Part shown: positions 17,816 through 27,292 of the stretch, piece by piece
How the letters are laid out: each line of letters begins with the position of its first letter
How positions within the stretch are numbered: the stretch's first letter is position 1
NCBI GenBank assembly: GCA_048320885.1
Contig: JBLWFJ010000001.1
Location: forward strand, 1,349,642 to 1,413,641
Source of the DNA: Nannocystaceae bacterium ST9
GTDB lineage: Bacteria > Myxococcota_A > Polyangia > Nannocystales > Nannocystaceae
Direction of reading: 5' to 3'
Length of the DNA stretch: 64,000 bases
Position numbers and translations under genes: made by a program
The notes under the pieces: model-generated
Databases searched by the model: none
What the model was told of the DNA's origin: nothing
What the model saw: the letters and a program-made list of their open reading frames with translations, nothing else

Positions 17816-18355
17816 ATGGTCCATCCGGTCCAGAGCGTGGTCGAGTCGCTCTACGCCGCCGGGCGCTGCCCACGGCTGCACGTCAACGCGACGTGCGAGG
17901 GCGTCGTGTGTCCCGACTTCATCCGCGAGCAGTGGCAGGAGCGTCTGATCATCGATCTCGACGCCACCTACCCGCTCGACCTCTCGTTCACCGACGAAGG
18001 CATCGGAGCCGACCTCTCGTTCGGCGGCTACGTGACCCGCTGCGCCTTCCCCTGGAAGGCGATCTACGTGGTCGCCGATCGTGCCACCGGCCGCGGGATC
18101 GTGCTCGACCAGAACATGCCCGAGTCGGTCCGCCGCAGCCGTCACCAGCCCGTGACCGGCCCGCTCCCGCCCGGCGCCGAGCTGCGGCCCGCGCCCGCGC
18201 CCGAGCCCGACATTCGTCCGGCTCGCGTGAAGCCGGCCCAGCCGATCGCCAAGCCCAGCGCCGTCCCGCAGAGCTCCGCGTCGAGCGGCTCCGGGCACGA
18301 AGGCGAGGCTCAGCGCCGCCGGGCCGCGTTCAAAGTCATCGACGGCGGAGGCTGA
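17816..18355 (+). CDS. Putative ClpXP adaptor SspB-like protein
   Basis: RLIIDLDATYPLDLSFTDEGIGADLSFGGYVTRCAFPWKAIYVVADRATGRGIVL fits the SspB core pattern (...N..P.A...LEL....V.F.ARF.G......VP..A.LAIYA.ENG.G), with a disordered Pro/Ala tail. Confidence 0.45.
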   Translation: MVHPVQSVVESLYAAGRCPRLHVNATCEGVVCPDFIREQWQERLIIDLDATYPLDLSFTDEGIGADLSFGGYVTRCAFPWKAIYVVADRATGRGIVLDQNMPESVRRSRHQPVTGPLPPGAELRPAPAPEPDIRPARVKPAQPIAKPSAVPQSSASSGSGHEGEAQRRRAAFKVIDGGG

Positions 18356-18358
18356 CGC

Positions 18359-18661
18359 GTGTCCTCGGGCAAGATCGCCGGGCTGATCGTGTCGGGGATC
18401 GCCGTGGCGATCTTCGTGTTTTGGTGGGTGATGGTCCGGGCTCCCAGCCCGCAGGCGATCTGCAAGCACAAGATCCAGCTCGTGCTGAACGAGGTGCCGC
18501 AAGATCAGCAGGTCGGGGCCGACGCGCTGATCATGCAGCTCGAGCTGCGCTGCGTCGAGGCGGCCGAGAAGAAGATCCAGTTTCGCGGCAAGCTCGTGTA
18601 CGCCGAGTATGCCCGCTGCGTCGCGGCGGCCCAGACCCTCGGCGAGGCCGAGCGCTGCTGA
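18359..18661 (+). CDS. Small membrane protein (hypothetical)
   Basis: GTG start 4 nt after the SspB-like stop. One TM (IAGLIVSGIAVAIFVFWWVMV) and a coiled C-terminus. Confidence 0.4.
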   Translation: MSSGKIAGLIVSGIAVAIFVFWWVMVRAPSPQAICKHKIQLVLNEVPQDQQVGADALIMQLELRCVEAAEKKIQFRGKLVYAEYARCVAAAQTLGEAERC

Positions 18662-18676
18662 GGCATCCTCTCCCGC

Positions 18677-19444
18677 GTGCCCTTCGCCCCTGCCCTGCTC
18701 GCCGCGACGCTCGCGGTGGTGTTCCTCGCCGCGCTGGTCCGCACGACCTGGGGCTTCGGTGACGCGGTCGTGGCGATCCCGCTGCTGAGCTTGCTGGTCA
18801 GCATGCAGGTCGCCTCGCCGATGCTGGTGATGGTCAGCATCGTGCTCTCGCTGCTGCTCTTGCGCCGAGGCATGAGCCTGCTCGACTTCGGCGTGATCGC
18901 CCGGCTCCTGCTCGGAGCGCTGGCCGGCATCCCGCTCGGGCTGCTCGTGCTGACCGACCTGCCCGAGTCGCTCGCGCGCAAGGGCCTGGGCGGCGTGCTG
19001 CTCGGGTTCGCGATCTGGTCGCTGATCCGCGCTCGCCGAGCGAAGCCCGCGCTCGCGCGCGAGCCCACGCCACCGCTCGCGCTGGCCAAGGCGCTCCCGC
19101 TCGACCTCGGGTTCGGCGTGCTGGTCGGCGCATGCAGTGCGGCCTTCGACATCTCCGGCCCGGTCTTGCTGATCCACGCGACCGCCCGGCGATGGACGCC
19201 CGAGCAGCTGCGCATGAACTTGCAGGCCGTGTTCCTGCCGCTCGGGTTGCTGACGATGACCGGCCACGCGCTCTCGGGCCTGTGGACGCGCGACGTGCTC
19301 CTGCTCGCGGCCTGGTGCCTGCCGGTGGTGATGCTCGCGCGAGTGTTCGGCGAGCGGCTGCGGGTCCGACTCGAAGGCCAGCGCGGGGTGGTCGTGCTCT
19401 ACCTGCTGATCTTCGCGCTCGGCGTGCTGATGCTCGCGGTCTGA
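18677..19444 (+). CDS. TSUP-family (TauE/SafE) anion exporter
   Basis: 255 aa, about 8 TM helices with the internal two-fold repeat typical of TauE/SafE. Confidence 0.75.
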   Translation: MPFAPALLAATLAVVFLAALVRTTWGFGDAVVAIPLLSLLVSMQVASPMLVMVSIVLSLLLLRRGMSLLDFGVIARLLLGALAGIPLGLLVLTDLPESLARKGLGGVLLGFAIWSLIRARRAKPALAREPTPPLALAKALPLDLGFGVLVGACSAAFDISGPVLLIHATARRWTPEQLRMNLQAVFLPLGLLTMTGHALSGLWTRDVLLLAAWCLPVVMLARVFGERLRVRLEGQRGVVVLYLLIFALGVLMLAV

Positions 19445-19545
19445 GCGGATCTTTATGCGTTCTTGATCCCCGCCGGCCCGCTTCCGCATGCCGGCCCGAC
19501 ACCGCGCCGCCCAGGCCCGACTACGCTGCGCGCCGGAGACCCTGG

Positions 19546-19688
19546 CCATGCCCGAACTCGAAGTCGTGCTCGAGCGCCTCGTCGGCGTGATCGTGCTCGT
19601 GATGCTCGTGACGCTCGCCCTGCTCGCGACCGTGTCGATCGTCTGGACCCTGGCCAGCGACGATCACGAGCAAGACCGGCTCGGGTGA
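19546..19688 (+). CDS. Possible 47-aa single-TM peptide upstream of the KdpD-type kinase
   Basis: Internal Met MPELEVVLERLVGVIVLVMLVTLALLATVSIVWTLASDDHEQDRLG, with GGAGA 8 nt upstream. Confidence 0.25.
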
Positions 19689-19704
19689 GCGAAGATGGTC
19701 GCGG

Positions 19705-20821
19705 CATGCCGACGCGCACCCCCGCTCGCGTTCCGCTCGTGCTCGAGTTCGTGCTCGCGTTGGTGGTCGTCGCCGCGGTCAGCCTGGTCGCGCTGCTGCT
19801 CGAGCCCTTCCTCGCGCAGACCGACCACGTGATGCTCTACCTGCTCGGGGTGATCGCGGTCGCGTTCCGAGCCCGGCGTGGCCCGGCCTTGCTCGCCGCG
19901 GTCGCGAGCGTGGCGGCCTTCGACTTCCTGTTCGTCGAGCCGCGCTTCACCTTCGCGATCAGCGACACCCGCTACCTGCTGACCTTCGCGGTCATGGCGA
20001 CGATCGGCGTGGTCGTGGTCTCGCTGGTCGCCGAGGTCCGCAAGCAGGAGCGCGTCGCGTTCGAGCGCGAGGTCGCGGTTCAGGGCGAGCGGCTGCGCTC
20101 GGCCTTGCTGGCCTCGGTCTCGCACGATCTTCGCACGCCGCTCGGGGCGATCCTCGGGGCCGTGACCACGCTCGAGCAAGATCGCGAGAAGCTCGATCCC
20201 GGCGTGCAGACCAGCTTGCTGGCCAGCATCCACGACCAGACCGAGCACCTCAACCGACTGCTGCGCAACCTGCTGGAGATGACCCGGCTCGAGGGCGGCG
20301 CGGTCGTGCTCGCGCGCGAGCTGGCGGCGATCGAGGAGCCGATCGGCACGGTGCTGGCCTCGCTGACCCACCGGATCGGCGATCGGCGGATCGAGGTCGA
20401 GCTCGACGCGGTCGAGGGGCCGCTCTTCGCGACCTTCGATCCGATCGCGGTCGAGCTCGTGCTCAGCAACCTGATCGAGAACGCGCTGCGCTACGGCGGC
20501 GATCCGATCGAGATTCGAGCGGCGCGCGAGGGCGATGCGATCGCCGTGCGCGTGCTCGACCGTGGGCCCGGGCTCGATGAACACACGCTCGCCCACGCGT
20601 TCGAGAAGTTTCAGCGCGGGCTGGTCGGCGAGCGCAAGGGCGGCCCGGGCTCGGGCGGCGCCGGGCTCGGGCTGGCGATCGTCCGCAGCCTGGTCGAGGC
20701 CAGCGGCGGGCGCGTGTGGGCCCGCAACCGCGACGACGGACGGGGAGCCGAATTCGGGTTCACGCTCCCGCGCGCCGAGCTGCCGATCTTGCCCGAGGGG
20801 CTCCCGGAGGACTCGCCATGA
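19705..20821 (+). CDS. kdpD: Sensor histidine kinase carrying only the KdpD-type C-terminal half (4-TM DUF4118-like region + HisKA + HATPase), no KdpD-N/Usp domains
   Basis: MPTRTPARVPLVLEFVLALVVVAAVSLVALLLEPFLAQTDHVMLYLLGVIAVAF... (KdpD membrane domain), then SHDLRTPL H-box and N/G boxes. The stop overlaps kdpE (ATGA). Confidence 0.75.
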
Positions 20822-21519
20822 CCGAGCTGCGCCCGACCATCCTGGTCGTCGAAGACGAGCCGCAGATGCGCCGCTTCCTGCGGGCGCTGATCGGCAGCCA
20901 CGGCTACGCGCTGGTCGAGGCCGAGACCGGCCGCGAGGCGCTCGCGCTGGCGGCCAGCCATCGCCCCGATCTGATCGTGCTCGACCTCGGCCTGCCCGAC
21001 GTCGACGGGCTCGAGCTGGTCGGCAACCTGCGCGGCTGGACGCAGACGCCGATCATCGTGGTCTCGGCGCGCGGGCAAGAGCAAGACAAGGTCCGCGCGC
21101 TCGATCTCGGCGCCGACGACTACCTGACCAAGCCGTTCGGATCGCACGAGCTGCTCGCCCGGATCCGCGTGGCCCTGCGCCACGCCGCCCACGTCGGCGA
21201 GCAGGACGGCCCGGTGTTTCGCTCGCACGGCCTGATGGTCGACCTCGCGGCCCGCCGAGTCGCGCGCGGCGACGACGAGGTCCACCTGACCCCGCTCGAG
21301 TACAAGCTGCTGACCACGATGATCGAGCACGCCGGCAAGGTGCTCACGCATCGCCAGCTGCTCGAGCGCGTGTGGGGGCCCGCGCACGCCGACGACACCC
21401 AATACCTGCGCGTCTACATGGCCCAGCTGCGCCGCAAGATCGAGGCCGATCCGGCCCGGCCGCGGCTGCTCAAGACCGAGACCGGCGTCGGCTATCGGCT
21501 CGAGGTCGACGAGGGTTGA
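20818..21519 (+). CDS. kdpE: OmpR-family response regulator KdpE
   Basis: ILVVEDEPQMRRFL, DLIVLDLGLPDVDG, winged-helix C-terminus (LTPLEYKLLTTMIEHAGKVLTHRQLLERVWG). Confidence 0.85.
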   Translation: MTELRPTILVVEDEPQMRRFLRALIGSHGYALVEAETGREALALAASHRPDLIVLDLGLPDVDGLELVGNLRGWTQTPIIVVSARGQEQDKVRALDLGADDYLTKPFGSHELLARIRVALRHAAHVGEQDGPVFRSHGLMVDLAARRVARGDDEVHLTPLEYKLLTTMIEHAGKVLTHRQLLERVWGPAHADDTQYLRVYMAQLRRKIEADPARPRLLKTETGVGYRLEVDEG

Positions 21520-21649
21520 GGCTTGCAACTCGCACGATCGCGATCACTGGGGCTCGCGATTCGCAGGGCCTCGCGAACCCGCATCGGCGCGAGACCCAGA
21601 CCCAGCCAGCCGAGCCGCGCTGGCACGAGCGATGCACGGCGAGCGGGGC

Positions 21650-21754
21650 ATGCAGATCCTCGTGTTTCTCGCCATCGGCTGGGTCGCCTACGCGGCTTGC
21701 CTGGCCATCCTGCCCGCGATCGATCGCGTCGTTCATGAAGGAGTCGGGCGATGA
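21650..21754 (+). CDS. 34-aa hydrophobic sORF overlapping the kdpF start (ATGA)
   Basis: MQILVFLAIGWVAYAACLAILPAIDRVVHEGVGR, with a weak GGGG SD. Possible leader or accessory peptide; not in the ORF track. Confidence 0.25.
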   Translation: MQILVFLAIGWVAYAACLAILPAIDRVVHEGVGR

Positions 21755-21831
21755 CCTGGATCTCCGCCGTGTGTGCCGGGCTGGCGTTCGGCTACCTGCT
21801 CTTCGCGATCTTGCGGCCCGAACGATTCTGA
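21751..21831 (+). CDS. kdpF: K+-transporting ATPase subunit F (26 aa)
   Basis: MTWISAVCAGLAFGYLLFAILRPERF matches the KdpF consensus (...GYLVYALL.PE.F). Not in the ORF track. Confidence 0.7.
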   Translation: MTWISAVCAGLAFGYLLFAILRPERF

Positions 21832-21844
21832 ACCGGAGACCACC

Positions 21845-23515
21845 GTGCACGACCTCGTCTACGCCTTCGCGCTGCTCGCCGCAGCGCTCGCGCTGTCCTG
21901 GCCGCTCGGGCGAGCCATGGCCGCCATCGCCCAACCTCCACGCAGCCAGCCCGACCGGCTCGATCGCGCGATCGTCCGGGTGCTCGGACCGGCCGCGATC
22001 GCCGAGCAGACCTGGAAGAGCTACGCGCTCGCGCTGCTCGGGTTCAACGCGCTGATGTTCACGATCACCTACGCGATCTTGATCTTGCAGGGCTCGCTGC
22101 CGCTCAACCCGGCCGGCAAACCCGGGCTCGAGCCCTCGCTGGCGTTCAACACCGCGATGTCGTTCGCGACCAACACCAACTTGCAGCACTACTCCGGCGA
22201 GGTCGCGCTGTCCTACTTCTCGCAGCTGTTCGGGCTGACCTGGCTGCAGTTCGTGTCGGCCGCGACCGGCATCGCGGCGTTGGCCGCCATCGCGCGAATG
22301 CTCGGTCCGAGCGGCGCCGTCGGCAACTATGCCCGCGATCTGATCCGCTTCACCCTGCTGATCCTGCTGCCGCTCGCGCTGGTCGTCGGCGCCACGCTGA
22401 TCGTCGCCGGCACACCGATGACCTTCGCCGGGCCGGTCGAGCTGACCACGCTCGAGGGCGACTCGCAGACGATCGCTCGCGGACCGGTCGCGGCGATGGT
22501 CGCGATCAAGCAGCTCGGGACCAACGGCGGCGGCTACTTCGGCCCCAACAGCACGCACCCGCTCGAGAGCCCGAGCTTCTTCACCTGCTCGCTCGAGAAC
22601 CTGTCGATCCTCGTGGTCTCGATGGCCTGCCTGTGGATGTTCGGCCGACTGATCGGGCGGATGCGCGACGCCTGGCTGCTCTTCGCGGTCATGGCCGCGC
22701 TCTTCGTGGCCATGGTGATCCCGGCCGTGCTGCTCGAGGCCCAGCCCAACCCCGGCCTCGCCGATCTGCCGATCGTCGAAGCCCGCGGCAACCTCGAGGG
22801 CAAGGAGCTGCGCTTCGGCAGCGCGGCCGGCCCGGTCTGGGCGGTGACGACGACCGCGACCAGCAACGGCTCGGTCGCGGCCATGCACGACAGCCTCAAC
22901 CCGCTGACCGGGCTGCTGCCGATGATCGGCATGTGGCTCAACGTCAGCTACGGCGGCGTCGGGGTCGGGCTGATCGGCATGCTGCTCTACGTGGTCGTCG
23001 CGGTGTTCATCGCCGGGCTGATGGTCGGGCGCACGCCCGAGTATCTCGGGCGCAAGGTCGAGGTCCGCGAGATGAAGCTGGCCGCGCTGGCCTTGCTGCT
23101 GCATCCCTTGCTGATCCTCGGTGGCACCGCATTGTTCGTGGCCACGCCCCTCGGGACCGAGACCATGTCCAACCCGGGCAGCCACGGGTTCTCGCAGGTG
23201 CTCTACGAGATGAGCTCGGCCGCGGCCAACAACGGCTCGGGCTTCGAGGGCCTGGCCGACAACACCACGCCCTGGAACCTGATCACCGGGCTGTGGATGT
23301 TCCTCGGTCGCTACCTGCCGATCGTGCTGCCGCTTTCGATCGCGGCCTCGCTCGCCCGCAAGCAACGCGTACCCGAGAGCGCCGGCACGCTGCGAACCGA
23401 CTCGCCGACCTTCGCGCTGGTCCTGCTCGGCTGCGTGGTCCTGCTCGGCGCGCTGCTCTTTCTTCCCGCCGCCGTGCTCGGCCCGATCGCCGAACACCTG
23501 GAGATGACCCGATGA
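21845..23515 (+). CDS. kdpA: Potassium-transporting ATPase subunit A
   Basis: GTG start 14 nt after kdpF ([18 protein letters not shown]...). 557 aa with KdpA selectivity-filter-like repeats. Confidence 0.85.
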   Translation: MHDLVYAFALLAAALALSWPLGRAMAAIAQPPRSQPDRLDRAIVRVLGPAAIAEQTWKSYALALLGFNALMFTITYAILILQGSLPLNPAGKPGLEPSLAFNTAMSFATNTNLQHYSGEVALSYFSQLFGLTWLQFVSAATGIAALAAIARMLGPSGAVGNYARDLIRFTLLILLPLALVVGATLIVAGTPMTFAGPVELTTLEGDSQTIARGPVAAMVAIKQLGTNGGGYFGPNSTHPLESPSFFTCSLENLSILVVSMACLWMFGRLIGRMRDAWLLFAVMAALFVAMVIPAVLLEAQPNPGLADLPIVEARGNLEGKELRFGSAAGPVWAVTTTATSNGSVAAMHDSLNPLTGLLPMIGMWLNVSYGGVGVGLIGMLLYVVVAVFIAGLMVGRTPEYLGRKVEVREMKLAALALLLHPLLILGGTALFVATPLGTETMSNPGSHGFSQVLYEMSSAAANNGSGFEGLADNTTPWNLITGLWMFLGRYLPIVLPLSIAASLARKQRVPESAGTLRTDSPTFALVLLGCVVLLGALLFLPAAVLGPIAEHLEMTR

Positions 23516-25572
23516 ACGAACCCATCACGCGGCGAGCGAAGACTCGCTCGTTGGTCACGCCCGAGCTGGCCCGCGCCGCGCTGCGCGAGTCGGTGATCAT
23601 GCTCGACCCCCGACGAATGGCCCGCAACCCGGTGATGTTCGTGACCGAGGTCGGGGCCCTGCTGAGCACGATCGCGGCCGCGCTCGCGCTCGGCTCGGGC
23701 GACGCCGGCTTCCCGATCACGATCTCGATCGTGCTGTGGCTGACGGTGCTGTTCGCCAACTTCGCCGAGGCGCTGGCCGAGGCGCGCGGCAAGGCGCAGA
23801 CCCAGGCGCTGCGAGCCACTCGCACGCAGACCGAGGCTCGTCGGCGGCGCGACGACGGCACGATCGAGTCGGTCGGGTCGACCGAGCTGCGCAAGGGCGA
23901 CGTGATCGTCGTCGCGCTCGGCGAGCTGATCGCCGCCGACGGCGAGATCATCGAGGGCGTGGCCAGCATCGACGAGTCGGCGATCACCGGCGAGTCGGCG
24001 CCGGTCGTGCGCGAGGCCGGAGGTGATCGCTCGGGCGTGACCGGAGGCACCCGCGTGCTCTCGGACTCGATCGTCGTGCAGGTCACCGCCGCGCCCGGCG
24101 ACTCGTTCCTCGATCGAATGATCGCGCTGGTCGAGGGCGCGCAGCGGCAAAAGACGCCCAACGAGATCGCCCTGACCGTCACGCTCGCCGGGCTCACGCT
24201 GGCGTTCTTGCTGGTCACGGTCTCGCTGGTCCCGATGGCCGCCTACTTCGACGCGACCATCGACATCCCGACCGCGGTCTCCCTGCTGGTCTGCCTGATC
24301 CCGACCACGATCGGCGGGCTGCTGGCGGCGATCGGGCTGGCCGGCATGGATCGGGCGTTGGCCGCCAACGTGCTGGCCAAGTCGGGCAAGGCGGTCGAGC
24401 TGGCCGGCGACATCGACACGGTCCTGCTCGACAAGACCGGCACGATCACCCGCGGTAACCGGCAAGCCACGCATCTGTATGCGGCCGGGACCTTCGAGGA
24501 GCGCGAGCTGGCCGAGGCCGCCATGTTGGCCTCGCTCGCCGACACGACCCCGGAGGGCCGCTCGATCGTCGGGCTCGGCGAGGGCCTGCTCGGGCGGCGG
24601 CCGAGCGAGCCGCTCGGGGCCAAGCCGATCAGCTTCTCGGCCCAGACCCGGCTCAGCGGGATCGACCTCGCCGAGGGCACGAGCATCCGCAAGGGCTCGG
24701 TCGACGCGATCGCCAAGTGGTTGATCGAGCATGGCAGCTCGCTGCCCGACGCGGTCCGCACGATGACCGAGGCGATCGGCCGCGAGGGCGCGACCCCGCT
24801 GGTCGTCGTGAGGGCGCGACCCGGCCAGGCCGCGCACACGCTCGGCGTGGTCCAGCTGACCGACGTGCTCAAGCCCGGGATCGCGGCTCGGCTCGCCCGC
24901 CTGCGCGCGATGGGCCTGCGCGTGGTCATGGTCACCGGCGACAACCCGCTGACCGCCAAGGCGATCGCCGGCAAGGCCGGGGTCGACGACTTCATCGCCG
25001 AGGCCACGCCCGAGGACAAGCTGGCCTACATCCGCCGCGAGCAGGCCGAGGGCCGGCTGATCGCGATGATGGGCGACGGGACCAACGACGCGCCCGCGCT
25101 CGCCCAGGCCGACATCGGCGTGGCCATGAACTCGGGCACCCAGGCGGCCAAGGAGGCCGGCAACATGGTCGATCTCGACAGCGATCCGACCAAGCTGATC
25201 GAGGTGGTCGAGATCGGCAAGCAGCTGTTGATGACCCGCGGCGCGCTGACGACCTTCTCGATCGCCAACGACGTCGCCAAGTACTTCGCGATCGTGCCGG
25301 CGCTCTTCGTCGCCGCGCTGCCGCAGCTGGCCGCGCTCGACGTGATGGCCCTCGGCTCGCCGCGCAGCGCGATCTTGTCGGCGGTGCTCTTCAACGCCAT
25401 CGTGATCCCGCTGCTGGTGCCGATCGCCCTGCGGGGCGTTCGCTACCGGCCCGAGGGCGCCGACAAGCTGCTGCGCCGCAACTTGCTGATCTACGGGCTC
25501 GGCGGGGTCGCGGCGCCCTTCGTCGGGATCAAGCTCTTCGACCTCGCGCTCGCGCTGATCGGGATGCCATGA
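23512..25572 (+). CDS. kdpB: Potassium-transporting P-type ATPase subunit B
   Basis: DKTGTIT phosphorylation motif, [20 protein letters not shown]. Start overlaps the kdpA stop (ATGA). Confidence 0.9.
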   Translation: MNEPITRRAKTRSLVTPELARAALRESVIMLDPRRMARNPVMFVTEVGALLSTIAAALALGSGDAGFPITISIVLWLTVLFANFAEALAEARGKAQTQALRATRTQTEARRRRDDGTIESVGSTELRKGDVIVVALGELIAADGEIIEGVASIDESAITGESAPVVREAGGDRSGVTGGTRVLSDSIVVQVTAAPGDSFLDRMIALVEGAQRQKTPNEIALTVTLAGLTLAFLLVTVSLVPMAAYFDATIDIPTAVSLLVCLIPTTIGGLLAAIGLAGMDRALAANVLAKSGKAVELAGDIDTVLLDKTGTITRGNRQATHLYAAGTFEERELAEAAMLASLADTTPEGRSIVGLGEGLLGRRPSEPLGAKPISFSAQTRLSGIDLAEGTSIRKGSVDAIAKWLIEHGSSLPDAVRTMTEAIGREGATPLVVVRARPGQAAHTLGVVQLTDVLKPGIAARLARLRAMGLRVVMVTGDNPLTAKAIAGKAGVDDFIAEATPEDKLAYIRREQAEGRLIAMMGDGTNDAPALAQADIGVAMNSGTQAAKEAGNMVDLDSDPTKLIEVVEIGKQLLMTRGALTTFSIANDVAKYFAIVPALFVAALPQLAALDVMALGSPRSAILSAVLFNAIVIPLLVPIALRGVRYRPEGADKLLRRNLLIYGLGGVAAPFVGIKLFDLALALIGMP

Positions 25573-26153
25573 CCAGCTTCACGTCCACGCTTCGAATCCT
25601 CTCGGGTCTCACGCTCGGCACGCTCGCGCTGGTCGGCGCCTACGCGCTGATCTTGCTCGGCGTCGGGCTCGGCCTCGCGCCGGCGGCCGCCGAGGGCTCG
25701 CTGATCCGCGGGCCCGAAGGCGAGCTCGTCGGCAGTCGCCTGGTCGGCCAGTCGTTCACCGAGCCCGGCTACCTGTGGCCGCGGCCCTCGGCGGTCGACC
25801 ACGCCGCGGACGCGGCCGGCGGCAGCAACCTCGCGGCCAGCAACCCGGCCCTGCGCGAGCGAGTGCTCGCCGACCTCGCTCGCCATGCGGCCAGCGACGA
25901 GCGACCGATCCCCGCCGATCTCGTGACCGCGTCGGGCTCGGGCCTCGACCCCGACATCACGCTGGCCGGCGCGCTCTACCAGGCCCCGCGGATCGCCGCC
26001 GCACGCCGGGTCGATCGCCACGAGATCGAAGAGCGGCTGCGCTCGCTCGCCCACACGCCCAACCCCTGGTCGCCGCCGCTGATCAACGTGCTCGAGACCA
26101 ACCTCGAGCTCGATCGCACCTTCGGCGCGCTCCCGACGAGGCCGGCGGAATGA
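25569..26153 (+). CDS. kdpC: Potassium-transporting ATPase subunit C
   Basis: 194 aa, N-terminal [12 protein letters not shown] motif. ATGA overlaps on both sides. Confidence 0.85.
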   Translation: MTSFTSTLRILSGLTLGTLALVGAYALILLGVGLGLAPAAAEGSLIRGPEGELVGSRLVGQSFTEPGYLWPRPSAVDHAADAAGGSNLAASNPALRERVLADLARHAASDERPIPADLVTASGSGLDPDITLAGALYQAPRIAAARRVDRHEIEERLRSLAHTPNPWSPPLINVLETNLELDRTFGALPTRPAE

Positions 26154-27292
26154 GCCCGACGGATCGCGCCGAGGACTTCCTCGCGCTGGTTCGTCGGGCT
26201 CGCCAAGGTCGGCTCAAGCTCTTCCTCGGGCCCGCGCCCGGCGTCGGCAAGACCTACCGGATGCTGCAAGAGGCCCAGCAACTGAGCGCGACCGGGGTCG
26301 ACGTGGTCATCGGCGTGATCGAGACCCACGGACGACCCGAGACCGCGGCGCTGATCGAGGGGCTCGAGCAGGTGCCGATGCGGCGGATCGAGTATCGCGG
26401 GGTCGGCCTCGACGAGCTCGACCTCGACGGCGTCCTCGCCCGCGCGCCCGAGATCGCGCTGATCGACGAGCTCGCGCACACCAACGCGCCCGGCAGCCGC
26501 AACCGCAAGCGTCACCAGGACGTGCTCGATCTGCTCGAGGCCGGGATCCACGTGTTCGCCACGCTCAACGTCCAACACCTCGAGAGCCTCAACGACCTGG
26601 TCTCGCGCAGGGTCGGCGTGCAGGTCCGCGAGACCGTGCCCGACGTGTTCCTGCGCCGCGCCGATCAGATCGTCAACATCGATCTGCCGGCCGAGGATCT
26701 GCTCACCCGCCTGCGCGCGGGTCGGATCTATCCGCTCGAGCGGGTCGAGCGGGCGCTCGCCAACTTCTTTCAGGCCGGCAAGCTCGAGAGCCTGCGCGAG
26801 CTGGCCTTGCGCGAGGTCGCCGAGTCGATCGAGCGGGCCCAGCAGCGCGAGCGCGAGGTCAGCGGAGAGCGTGTGGGCCGAGTCGCGCTCAGTCGGCTGA
26901 TGGTCGGGCTCTCGAGCTCGCCGAACGCCGCGGCGCTGCTGCGTCGCGCGTCGCGACTGGCCGGTCGACTCAACGCGCATTGGTTCGCGGTCCATGTCCA
27001 GACCCGACGCGACGCGCCCGATCGGATCAGCGCGACCGACCAGCGCCGCCTGTTCGAGGCCCAACAGCTGGCGGTCGACCTCGGCGCGGAGGTCCAGGAG
27101 CTCGAGAGCGACGACGTGATCGCGGCGCTGATCGACTTCGCCAGCGCGCATGGGGTCTCGGACATCGTGATCGGGGCTCCGCCGCCGACCCACCCGATCC
27201 TGGCGTGGTTCACCCGCAGCGTCGCCCGGCGAATGCTCGACCACGCCAACCGCTTCAACCTCCACGTGCTGGCCACGGAGGTCTCGCCATGA
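26150..27292 (+). CDS. kdpD: Stand-alone KdpD N-terminal sensor domain + Usp domain protein (no TM or kinase domains)
   Basis: RGRLKLFLGPAPGVGKTYRMLQEAQQLSATGVDVVIGVIETHGRPETAALIEGLE... matches KdpD-N (PF02702) closely, then a Usp-like domain. Ends 380 aa in, with ATGA overlap into the next kinase gene. Confidence 0.8.
   Translation: MSPTDRAEDFLALVRRARQGRLKLFLGPAPGVGKTYRMLQEAQQLSATGVDVVIGVIETHGRPETAALIEGLEQVPMRRIEYRGVGLDELDLDGVLARAPEIALIDELAHTNAPGSRNRKRHQDVLDLLEAGIHVFATLNVQHLESLNDLVSRRVGVQVRETVPDVFLRRADQIVNIDLPAEDLLTRLRAGRIYPLERVERALANFFQAGKLESLRELALREVAESIERAQQREREVSGERVGRVALSRLMVGLSSSPNAAALLRRASRLAGRLNAHWFAVHVQTRRDAPDRISATDQRRLFEAQQLAVDLGAEVQELESDDVIAALIDFASAHGVSDIVIGAPPPTHPILAWFTRSVARRMLDHANRFNLHVLATEVSP

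Noticed and set aside
13882-19549. ORFs 13882..15960(-), 15997..17817(-), 17726..19549(-)
   Set aside because: Antisense to the DUF2330 paralogs, the SspB-like gene and the TauE gene. Compositionally aberrant (poly-Arg/Glu/Asp/Gly).
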